The translations under genes were made by a program, and so were the position numbers. 64,000 bases of DNA, from assembly GCA_964497795.1 (NCBI GenBank), contig CAZCEZ010000007.1, positions 3,655-67,654 of the forward strand, in the 5' to 3' direction. The notes under the pieces are model-generated. The model had not been told where the DNA came from and did no database searches. It saw only the letters and a program-made list of their open reading frames with translations. This DNA comes from an uncultured Acidimicrobiaceae bacterium. GTDB taxonomy: Bacteria; Actinomycetota; Acidimicrobiia; Acidimicrobiales; Salinilacustritrichaceae. Positions 25,610-33,788 of the stretch are shown one piece after another; position 1 is the stretch's first letter, and every line of letters begins with the position of its first letter.

Positions 25610-28025
25610 GCTCCTCCTCGACGAGGACGGTGGGGGGGATCTCCTCGGGGCGGCCTCGATCGCCCGCCTCGGCGGTCGTCGCCGGGCGGCGGCGCAGGCG
25701 GCGACGACCGCCCGCGGGCCCGTCGCCGTCGCCGTCGTCGGGCGGCGAGGCCGGGCCGGCGCCGGGGTCGCGCCGGGTCAGGTCGGTCGCGGGGGCGAAG
25801 GGCTCCCGCAGCGAGATGCGCGACACGGCGGCGACGAAGCGCATCGACCCGGGCTGGGCCGAGGAGAGCCGACGGCGCAGGGCACGGGACAGCTCCTCGG
25901 CTGCGGCGGCCTGCCGGTCGTCGGCGTCGTCTCGCAGGTCGCCCCACAGGGTGCGGGTGACGAGCCAGGCGAGCTCGGTGTGCTCGGGGTCCTCGATGAA
26001 CCGGGACAGGAACATCAGCGGCGTGTCGTTCGGGAACCGGAAGCCGAAGTCGGCGGCGTGGTCGCGCCACTCGGCGTAGGCCAGGGCGATCCGGGCCCTG
26101 GGGCCGTCCGCCCGGGCGGCGGCCCGGCGGGCCGAGCGGAGGCGGGCCTTGCGGATGGCCGGGATCGCCAGGTAGGCGGCGAAGGCGAGGAGGGCCAGCA
26201 CGACGGCGACCAGGACGCCGATCTGGATCTGCTGGGTCAGCGTCGACGGCGGCGCGAGGAGGGTCGGCAGGTAGATCTGCACGGCCGTGTCGTCGGACGG
26301 GACGATGTTGGGATCGACCTGCTGCTGGCCGGGGTCGGTGCCCACGGTCGGCTTGGCCTGCGCCGGCGTGCCGATCACGGGCAACCAGCCGAAGCCGGGG
26401 AAGTTGACCTCGACGAAGGAGGCGCCGTGCTTGGGGCGGACCTCGAGGACCTCGCCGTTCAGGTCGCCGCCGTCGAAGCCGAAGCCGATCCGGGACGGGA
26501 TGCCCAGCCAGCGGCCGACCATGGCCTGCATGGCGACGATCTCGTACGGGGACGCCTCGAAGGTGCCGCCGAGGATCTCCTGGACCCGGGCCGGCGGGAT
26601 GGCCACCGGCTCGCCCGCGCCGGCGGCCACGACCTCGTCCAGGATGTAGGTCCGGATGAAGTCGAACCGGTCCCACTGGTTGTCGAAGCTGGTGATCGCC
26701 TCGGTGAGCAGGGCCTGCACGGCGGGCGGCGGATCGGGGATCTCGGTCAGCTCGAGCAGCTCGGGCTCGTAGTCGATGCTGGCCCCGAGCCCGCGCAGGT
26801 CGTCGACCGAGGGCAGGGCGGCGGCGGCGATGCGGTACACCTGGCCGGAGCGGATCGTGCCCGAGGCGACGCGGACGTTGTTCGTGTTGGCGTCGTAGGC
26901 GAGGTCCACGCCCGAGGACTGGATGACGGCGGACAGCGGCAGGCCGGGCAGGACGGTGCCGCCGAGGCCGAAGATCCGGAAGCGGGCCCGCACGCCGAGG
27001 CGGCCGACGAGCTCGTCGTCGATGATGCCGTTGTTGGGGATGTCCTCGAACTCGTTGGTGACGAGGGCCGGGAGCAGCCAGGCCTCGCCGTCGTAGACCG
27101 ACAGCGAGCCCATGCGCCACGGACCGGAGACCGTGAGCTCGGCGTCGCCGGACTCGACGTCGGGGCCGACCTCGAACAGGACGCGGTCCTCGACCTCCGA
27201 CAGCGGGACGGTGTCGGGCTGCTGGGGCTCCTCGGCCGGGTCGATCTGGGGATCCGGGAAGAGGAAGTCGGTCTGGGCCAGGCCGATCAGCATGCCGGTG
27301 ATCACGGCGATCACGGGGAGGCTCTTGGCCAGTTTGCGCAGCTCGTAGGAGAGGGGCGGGCGCTCGGAGCCCTCGAAGGAGTTGATCGAGGAGAGCACGC
27401 CGAGCCCGAGGGCGAAGAGGACCAGCACGACGACGCCGGACGCGACCTGCTGGTCGTCGGGGACCGAGATGCCGGCGATGGCGGCGAAGGGCAGGGGCAC
27501 GAGCAGCGCCAGCGAGCGCTTCTTCACCACGACGCCGAGCCACACGGTGGTGAAGCCCACGATGCCCATGAGCCACGAGGTGATGGCCCGCCAGCCGGCG
27601 GAGAAGGGCAGGGGCGGCCGGGTCAGGTCGCCCTCGGCCGCAGCCTCGGATGCGAGGTCGCCGGCGTTGGCGATGTTGCCGGGCCCGATCAGCAGGAGGC
27701 CGATGGCGAACAGCCCGACGACGGTGAGGACGTTGGAGAGCAGGGGGTTCCGGGTGCGGGACACCACCAGGCCGAGGCCCATCCCCAGCACGCCGGCGAT
27801 CGCGGCGTAGATGCGGGGGTCGACGCCGGTGAACACGCCGCCGGCCATGACGGCGGTGCCGAGGACGGGGAAGACGAGGGCGAATGCCGTGCGGTAGGGC
27901 GAGAGCTCCTCGGGCTCGCCCTCCTCGTCGTCGTCGACGCCGGCGTCGACGTCGGACTCGGTCGCGGCGAGGTCGGCGTCCTCGAGGGCGTCCTCGGCCG
28001 TCGTCTGCTCGTCGGTGACGGTCAT
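25584..28025 (-). CDS. Transglutaminase-like / DUF4129 polytopic membrane protein, cysteine-free (813 aa)
   Basis: ATG at 28025 (ATGA overlap with the DUF58 stop). N-terminal multi-TM region. TGase-core-like 'EIVAMQAMVGRWLGIPSRIGFGFDGG ... ASFVEVNFPGFGWLPVIGTP'. A late TM, then DUF4129-like 'RIALAYAEWRDHAADFGFRFPNDTPLMFLSRF'. Confidence 0.75.
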   Translation of the reverse strand: MTVTDEQTTAEDALEDADLAATESDVDAGVDDDEEGEPEELSPYRTAFALVFPVLGTAVMAGGVFTGVDPRIYAAIAGVLGMGLGLVVSRTRNPLLSNVLTVVGLFAIGLLLIGPGNIANAGDLASEAAAEGDLTRPPLPFSAGWRAITSWLMGIVGFTTVWLGVVVKKRSLALLVPLPFAAIAGISVPDDQQVASGVVVLVLFALGLGVLSSINSFEGSERPPLSYELRKLAKSLPVIAVITGMLIGLAQTDFLFPDPQIDPAEEPQQPDTVPLSEVEDRVLFEVGPDVESGDAELTVSGPWRMGSLSVYDGEAWLLPALVTNEFEDIPNNGIIDDELVGRLGVRARFRIFGLGGTVLPGLPLSAVIQSSGVDLAYDANTNNVRVASGTIRSGQVYRIAAAALPSVDDLRGLGASIDYEPELLELTEIPDPPPAVQALLTEAITSFDNQWDRFDFIRTYILDEVVAAGAGEPVAIPPARVQEILGGTFEASPYEIVAMQAMVGRWLGIPSRIGFGFDGGDLNGEVLEVRPKHGASFVEVNFPGFGWLPVIGTPAQAKPTVGTDPGQQQVDPNIVPSDDTAVQIYLPTLLAPPSTLTQQIQIGVLVAVVLALLAFAAYLAIPAIRKARLRSARRAAARADGPRARIALAYAEWRDHAADFGFRFPNDTPLMFLSRFIEDPEHTELAWLVTRTLWGDLRDDADDRQAAAAEELSRALRRRLSSAQPGSMRFVAAVSRISLREPFAPATDLTRRDPGAGPASPPDDGDGDGPAGGRRRLRRRPATTAEAGDRGRPEEIPPTVLVEEERERVPTPT

Positions 28026-29356
28026 CGTGCGGCTCCCGTGACCTCGTTGAACAGCGCGGTGGCCAGGTCCTGACCCGGGCGCACGCCCGTGACCTGGCAG
28101 CCGAGGGACGCGGCGACGCCCATCGTCGAGGAGTCCTCCTCGTCCCAGAGCAGGGCGATGACCTGGACCGAGACGCCCGTCTGGAGCAGCAGCTTGAGCT
28201 GGGTCGCGGACTGCGGGCCCAGGTGCGGGGTGACGAGGATGTTGTGGGCGTCCCGCTGCGCACCGGCCAGCATCCGCTGGAGGCAGGCGGTGAGGGGCTG
28301 GCGGTCGAGCTCGACGGTGGCGAAGGCGTCGAGCATCGACGTCTGGGCCGTCGCGCCCCGCAGGTGCCGCGTCAGGGGACCGGCGTTGGTCTCGACCTTG
28401 ATCTCGTAGCCCTCGCGGAGGTGGCGCACCGCGAGGCTGGCCGCGGCGCGCACGCCGGTCTCGAAGGACTCCGACAGGCCCTCGCCGTCGTTGGAGTGGT
28501 GGCCCCGGTCGGTGTCCAGGATGATCGTGATGTGGTCCGTGATGCCCTGCTCGGCCTCGCGGATCATGACCTTGCCGGTCTTGGCGGTGGCCTTCCACAC
28601 GATCTTGCGGGTGTCGTCGCCCCGCACGTACTCGCGCATGCCGTAGAACTCCATGCCCGACGGCCAGGGTCGGGACACGGGCGGACGGATGGGCGGGTCC
28701 TCGTTCGAGCGGGACAGCGGGCGGTCGGACACGAGCTCGATGCGGGGGTGCACGAGCAGCTCGAAGGGCTCGGACACGACCGTCTCGCGCTCGGAGAGCC
28801 CGAGGGGGTCCGACGCGACCGCGACGAGCGGCCCGATCTCGTAGACGCCGCGGCGGGCGGCGCGCAGGGTGTAGCGGTGCGAGACCGTCTTGCCCTTGCC
28901 GAGCCGGGTCACGGGCACCTTCACCGAGGTGCCGAGGCGCTCGGGCACGCGCTCCTCGAGGAGGAAGGTCGACACGGTCCGCCCGGCGGTGAGCGCGACC
29001 TCGACGTCGAGGCGGTCGCCCTCGACGGCGCGGGGGAACAGGCCGGTCCGGTCGCCGGTCAGCTTGAGGCGGCGGGGGGCGATGGCGATCGAGATGCCGA
29101 GGAGCAGCACGATGCCGTACGCGAACAGGTACATGGCCGTGCCCGCGACGATGTAGGCCAGCAGCCACATGAGCACCGCGGCCACCACGGCGGCCACGCC
29201 GACGCGGGTGACGCCGATCTTGCGCTCGAGCGCCGCGTAGGAGCGGCGCAGGTTCGCGGGCTCGAGCGCGGCACGGACCCGGTCGAGCCGGGCGAGCACG
29301 CGACGGCCCGCGGAGGGCTTGGGCTGGGCCGCATCGGCGCGGCCGACCGCGACCAT
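28022..29356 (-). CDS. DUF58 domain protein (vWA-like, MoxR partner)
   Basis: Two N-terminal TMs. 'GMREYVRGDDTRKIVWKATAKTGKVMIREAEQG...ITIILDTD'. Confidence 0.85.
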   Translation of the reverse strand: MVAVGRADAAQPKPSAGRRVLARLDRVRAALEPANLRRSYAALERKIGVTRVGVAAVVAAVLMWLLAYIVAGTAMYLFAYGIVLLLGISIAIAPRRLKLTGDRTGLFPRAVEGDRLDVEVALTAGRTVSTFLLEERVPERLGTSVKVPVTRLGKGKTVSHRYTLRAARRGVYEIGPLVAVASDPLGLSERETVVSEPFELLVHPRIELVSDRPLSRSNEDPPIRPPVSRPWPSGMEFYGMREYVRGDDTRKIVWKATAKTGKVMIREAEQGITDHITIILDTDRGHHSNDGEGLSESFETGVRAAASLAVRHLREGYEIKVETNAGPLTRHLRGATAQTSMLDAFATVELDRQPLTACLQRMLAGAQRDAHNILVTPHLGPQSATQLKLLLQTGVSVQVIALLWDEEDSSTMGVAASLGCQVTGVRPGQDLATALFNEVTGAAR

Positions 29357-30384
29357 CAGGAGACGGCGGAGAGGTCGGATCGACCGCTGACGGGCGGCTT
29401 GACGCTCGACGTGATCCGCTCGAGGGCGGCGTCGACGTTCTCCCCGCGCAGGATGGCGTCGGGGTTGAGGATGATCCGGTGCCCGAGCACGGGGCGCAGC
29501 ACGGCGCGGACGTCGTCGGGGTAGACGTGGCTGCGGCCGTCGGAGGCGGCCAGCGTGCGGGACGCCTTGAGGAGGGCGATCGTGGCGCGGGGCGAGCCGC
29601 CGGCCGCGATGGCGGCGTCGTTGCGGGTGGCCTGGACCAGGTCGACGATGTAGTAGCCGACCTCGGGGGACACCTCGACGGTGGATGCGTACTCGATCAT
29701 CTCGCGCACGTTGTCCAGGTCGGTGACGGGGCGCAGGTCCTCGATCGACAGCGACTTGGCGTTGTCGAACATGACCTCGAACTCGGAGTCGCGGTTCATG
29801 TAGCCCATCGACAGCTTGAACAGGAAGCGGTCCAGCTGGGCCTCGGGGAGGGGGAAGGTGCCGGCCTGCTCGACCGGGTTCTGCGTGGCGAGCACGAGGA
29901 AGGGGCGGGGCAGGTCGTACGTCGTGCCGTCCGCGGTCACGCGGCGCTCGGCCATGGCCTCGAGCAGGGCGGACTGCGTCTTGGGGGTGGCGCGGTTCAC
30001 CTCGTCGGCCAGGAGCACGTTGGTGAAGACCGGGCCGGGCTGGAACTCGAAGGTGCCCTCGTTCTGGCGGTAGATCGAGGAGCCGGTGATGTCACCGGGG
30101 AGCATGTCCGGCGTGCACTGGATGCGGGCGTTGCCGGCGCTGATCGTCTCGGAGATCGCCCGGGAGAGCATCGACTTGCCCGTGCCGGGGAGGTCCTCGA
30201 ACAGGATGTGGCCCTCGGCGATGATGGCGCAGATCGCGAGGCGGACGACGTCGGACTTGCCCTTGATGACCGACTCGATGTTGCCGGTGATCGCGTCGAA
30301 GTCCTCCTTGAACCGCTCGGCGGTCATCCCGTCGGAGGAGGATCGGCTCGCCTTGAGCGGCGTGCGGGCAGGGCGAGTGGCCAT
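29356..30384 (-). CDS. MoxR-family AAA+ ATPase (AAA_3 type)
   Basis: 'HILFEDLPGTGKSMLSRAIS', 'RIQCTPDMLPGDITGSSIY', 'VLLADEVNRATPKTQSALLEAMAERRVT', 'LVLATQNPVEQAGTFPLPEAQLDRF'. Start taken as the ATG at 30384; the ORF track extends to 30456. Confidence 0.9.
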   Translation of the reverse strand: MATRPARTPLKASRSSSDGMTAERFKEDFDAITGNIESVIKGKSDVVRLAICAIIAEGHILFEDLPGTGKSMLSRAISETISAGNARIQCTPDMLPGDITGSSIYRQNEGTFEFQPGPVFTNVLLADEVNRATPKTQSALLEAMAERRVTADGTTYDLPRPFLVLATQNPVEQAGTFPLPEAQLDRFLFKLSMGYMNRDSEFEVMFDNAKSLSIEDLRPVTDLDNVREMIEYASTVEVSPEVGYYIVDLVQATRNDAAIAAGGSPRATIALLKASRTLAASDGRSHVYPDDVRAVLRPVLGHRIILNPDAILRGENVDAALERITSSVKPPVSGRSDLSAVS

Positions 30385-30839
30385 GGTTCGGGACCCCTTG
30401 GAAGTCGTGTCGATGCTCGGACGCCGCCGTCGGTCGGCGCCCGCCCCGGCGGACACGGTAGGAGCGTCCAGCCGTCGGGGCGATGTCGAAGGGGTTCTGC
30501 ACGGCCCGCGGGATCTCCTCCCCAGGTGCCCGAGGAAACGCGCCGTTCACGAGGCAGGTCGCGAACGCTCGGGAGGAACGGTGCGCGATGTGACAGGGGC
30601 GACACCCCGGAACCACGCGGTTCGTCAGGAACGCCGGCCCCGTAATGCTCCGTTCACAGGCCTGACGTGGGCCCGGTGCCAGGCGTTGCCTACCGTCTGT
30701 CCCGTTCGCGCAGATCGGCTGGTCTCGGCGTGCGCTCCGGTGCAGGAGACGGGCCGCCTGCGGGCGAATATGGACAGCAGGGACGGTCGAGGGAACCAGA
30801 TCGCCCCCACCAGGAACGACACGGGAGGCTCGCGCCGAC

Positions 30840-32738
30840 ATGGCCGACACGCCGGAGACGAACGGGAGCGAGGACGCGATCGACGAGGTCGTCGTCGACG
30901 ACCTCCTCGACGACGAGGAGGAGGGCTCCGGCTGGGCGCTCCGCTACCCGCCGCTCCTGTCGATGCTCGGCGGGCTGCTGATCGCGATCCTCGTGATGCC
31001 CTCGGCGCTCAACCTGCCGCAGAACAACCCGAGCCAGACCCTCGAGTTCGCCCCGGTGCCCCCGGAGGACTCCGACGACGACCCGCCCCCGCCGGAGGGC
31101 AACTTCGACCAGCTCGGCCTCGGCTCCTCCGAGAGCCTGAGCGGCGACGGCGCCCTGGGCGGCGACGGCGCCGGCACGACCTCCACCACGCTCCCCCCGC
31201 CCCCGGTCCAGGACGGCACCGGCGAGAACGTCTCCCAGTTCCGCTGCGTCGAGGGCCGCCAGACCGAGGACCCCCTCTCCCCGCCCTGCGTCGCCTTCTT
31301 CGACGGCGACAACTTCGGCCAGACCTACCAGGGCGTCACCGAGGACGAGATCAGCCTGCTCGTCTACCTCGACGGCGGCGTGGGCGACACCGGCTCCTCC
31401 CGAGGCCGCGAGCAGCGCCCGCTCAACGAGTTCTTCGACCTCGCCGGCGCCGACGCCGAGCCGAAGGCCGACGAGCACGTGATGCTCCGCATGCTGCGCG
31501 GCTGGCAGACCTACTTCAACACCCGGTACCAGACCTACGGCCGCTTCGTCCGCTTCTACGTCTACTTCTCCGGCAACGACGGCACGGCCGAGGCCCGCCG
31601 TGCCGACGCCGCCGAGGTCTTCAAGCGGGCCCAGCCCTTCGCCACCGTCGTCGGGGCCGAGTTCCACGGCGCCCTCGACGCCTACACCGACTCGATGCTC
31701 AAGCGCGGGGTGCTGAACTTCGGCAACTACGTCGGCCAGGACGCCGCCTTCTACGAGCGGTTCCCGAAGCTGCTGTGGGGCTTCGCGCCGAGCCTGGAGA
31801 TCCAGGCCCAGCAGTACTCCGACGTGCTGTGCAAGAAGTACGCGCCCAACCCGGTCGACCACTCCGGCGACTACCAGGGCGAGCCCCGCAAGTACGGCAT
31901 CGTCTACACGACCGATCCCGGCTTCCCCGGCCTGCGCAAGTTCAAGGACACCGTCGTCGAGCGCTTCTCCCAGTGCGGTGGCCAGATCGCGGAGGAGGCG
32001 ACCTTCCCCGTGTCCGGCATCGCCCTCGACAACTCCCAGACCCCCCAGTACGCCATCGACGCGATGACGCGCTTCCAGCAGGCCGACGTCACCACGATCA
32101 TCTGGCCCGGGGGCTACGAGTCGAAGTTCTCCAAGGCCGCCGCCCAGATCAACTACTTCCCCGAGTGGATCCTGGCCGGCGACGGCGACCTCGACGGCGA
32201 GTACGGCAACCAGGTGAACCAGGACCAGACGGTCTGGCAGTACGCCGTCACCACGTCGAACCAGCCCTTCGTCCCCGACGACATCACCCGCCGCATCTGC
32301 TTCCAGGCCTACCGGTCGATCGACCCGCAGGCCCCGCGCCAGGACGTCAACGGCTACGCCTGCGACTTCTACGAGAACCTGCGCCAGCTCTTCATCGGCA
32401 TCCAGGTCGCCGGGCCCCGCCTCGGCCCGACCTCGATCGACAAGGGCTTCCACGCCATCCCGGCGATCAGCTCGCAGGACGCCCAGGTGCCGGCCTGCTT
32501 CTACCTCCCCAACGACTACACCTGCATCAAGGACCTGGTGCTGGGTCGTTGGGACCCCGCCGCCCGCCCCGGTGCCAGCGACCCGGGCTGCTGGCGCTTC
32601 GCCGAGGGCCGTCGCTACCTCCGCGAGGAGATCCCCGACGGCAACGCCACCGCCCAGATGAGCCCGTCCGATCCGTGCCTCGGATACGACGACGGCTTCC
32701 GACTGAACGCCGCTCCCCCCGACACCGGAGTCCTGTGA
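30840..32738 (+). CDS. Membrane-anchored, Cys-rich periplasmic-binding-protein type 1 (LivK-like) candidate, 632 aa
   Basis: GGGAGG upstream of the ATG. TM 'LLSMLGGLLIAILVMPSAL', then a Pro/Asp/Gly linker. 'GVTEDEISLLVYLDGG', 'LRGWQTYFNTRYQTYGRFVRFYVYFSGNDG..EARRADAAEVFKRAQPFATVVGAEF' resembles actinobacterial LivK-family SBPs. The functional call is tentative. Confidence 0.55.
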   Translation: MADTPETNGSEDAIDEVVVDDLLDDEEEGSGWALRYPPLLSMLGGLLIAILVMPSALNLPQNNPSQTLEFAPVPPEDSDDDPPPPEGNFDQLGLGSSESLSGDGALGGDGAGTTSTTLPPPPVQDGTGENVSQFRCVEGRQTEDPLSPPCVAFFDGDNFGQTYQGVTEDEISLLVYLDGGVGDTGSSRGREQRPLNEFFDLAGADAEPKADEHVMLRMLRGWQTYFNTRYQTYGRFVRFYVYFSGNDGTAEARRADAAEVFKRAQPFATVVGAEFHGALDAYTDSMLKRGVLNFGNYVGQDAAFYERFPKLLWGFAPSLEIQAQQYSDVLCKKYAPNPVDHSGDYQGEPRKYGIVYTTDPGFPGLRKFKDTVVERFSQCGGQIAEEATFPVSGIALDNSQTPQYAIDAMTRFQQADVTTIIWPGGYESKFSKAAAQINYFPEWILAGDGDLDGEYGNQVNQDQTVWQYAVTTSNQPFVPDDITRRICFQAYRSIDPQAPRQDVNGYACDFYENLRQLFIGIQVAGPRLGPTSIDKGFHAIPAISSQDAQVPACFYLPNDYTCIKDLVLGRWDPAARPGASDPGCWRFAEGRRYLREEIPDGNATAQMSPSDPCLGYDDGFRLNAAPPDTGVL

Positions 32739-33694
32739 TGCGAACCGACCGACTGCGCAAGACCTTCCGCGCCTCCGCCCTCGGCGCCACCGCCTGCGTG
32801 CTCGCCGCCACGGCGATCACCGTCCTGGCGCCCGCGGCCTCCGCCTTCGAGCAGGACCGCCTGGTCCTCGAGCCCGACGGCGCGATCGAGGTCTCGTACT
32901 CGCCCATCCCGGCGTCGAACCCGACGGGCGAGGCCGCCGAGCCCGACACGTGCCCGACCAGCGCCTACTGCGACCTGATCCCGCTCACGGTGATCGAGGA
33001 TCCGACGGTGACCGAGGAGGACGAGTACTTCATCTCGGTGACCCTGTCCTGGGAGTCCCAGGAGGCCGAGGACCCGGTCGTGACCGGCGAGCCGATCGCG
33101 GCCAACGACATGGACCTCTACGGCTTCGTCGACCCGGTCGACGACACGAGCCGCCACGAGGTCACCGAGGACAACGGCGAGGTCGGTTGCGGCTGCGGTC
33201 TCAGCCAGCCCGAGACCTTCTTCCTGTTCAAGCCGGTCGGTGACTACAACCTGGTCATCAACAACTACCTGGGCGCGAACACGGGCTACACGATCTCCAT
33301 CGTGTGGGTGTCCGAGGCCTTCCCGACGCCGTTCGAGTCCCTGGCCCCCGGGTTCACCCCGCCGACGACGGTCCCGCCGTCCACCACGACCACCACGACG
33401 ACGACCACGCCGCCCCCGTCCACGGCGCCCACCACGACCGTCGCCCCGCCGCCCACCCTGGCCCCGGCCGAGATCGACCTCGACGCCGACGACGGCTTCG
33501 CCCAGTTCGACGACGGCTCGGAGTTCGAGGACCAGCTCGCCGCACCGGCGCCCGTCGACCTCCAGCCGGTGAGCCGGACGAAGCCCGCGCCCCCGTCGAC
33601 GGTGGCGCTGCTGTTCTGGTTCCTCGCCGTCCCGCTCGCCGCCACGGCCGCGGTGAGCGGCGTCCTGCTCCGGCGACGCACCACGCTGGTCTGA
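32738..33694 (+). CDS. Secreted PPC (pre-peptidase C-terminal)-like domain protein with Thr/Pro linker and C-terminal TM anchor
   Basis: TGATG overlap with the upstream gene. Signal 'ALGATACVLAATAITVLAPAASA'. 'ANDMDLYGFVDP...GDYNLVINNYLGANTGYTISIVWV'. 'TTTTTTTTTPPPSTAPTTTVAPPPT'. C-terminal 'LLFWFLAVPLAATAAVSGVLLRRR'. Confidence 0.6.
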   Translation: MRTDRLRKTFRASALGATACVLAATAITVLAPAASAFEQDRLVLEPDGAIEVSYSPIPASNPTGEAAEPDTCPTSAYCDLIPLTVIEDPTVTEEDEYFISVTLSWESQEAEDPVVTGEPIAANDMDLYGFVDPVDDTSRHEVTEDNGEVGCGCGLSQPETFFLFKPVGDYNLVINNYLGANTGYTISIVWVSEAFPTPFESLAPGFTPPTTVPPSTTTTTTTTTPPPSTAPTTTVAPPPTLAPAEIDLDADDGFAQFDDGSEFEDQLAAPAPVDLQPVSRTKPAPPSTVALLFWFLAVPLAATAAVSGVLLRRRTTLV

Positions 33695-33727
33695 CGCTGC
33701 GGGCCCGTCCCGCACCGACGCGACCGT

Positions 33728-33760
33728 GCCACGGCCCCGGCTCCTCGCCGGGGCCGTGGC
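33728..33760. terminator. Perfect 14-bp GC hairpin between convergent genes
   Basis: GCCACGGCCCCGGC (33728-33741), loop TCCTC, GCCGGGGCCGTGGC (33747-33760). Confidence 0.6.
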
Positions 33761-33788
33761 GCGCCCGGGCCCCGTCGCAACCGTCGGC

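Noticed and set aside
30543-30709. Three CCGTTCRC motifs in the MoxR / LivK-like divergent region as an operator array
   Set aside because: This is an 8-mer with a degenerate position, irregular spacing (107 and 52 nt) and no dyad symmetry. It could easily arise by chance in GC-rich DNA.
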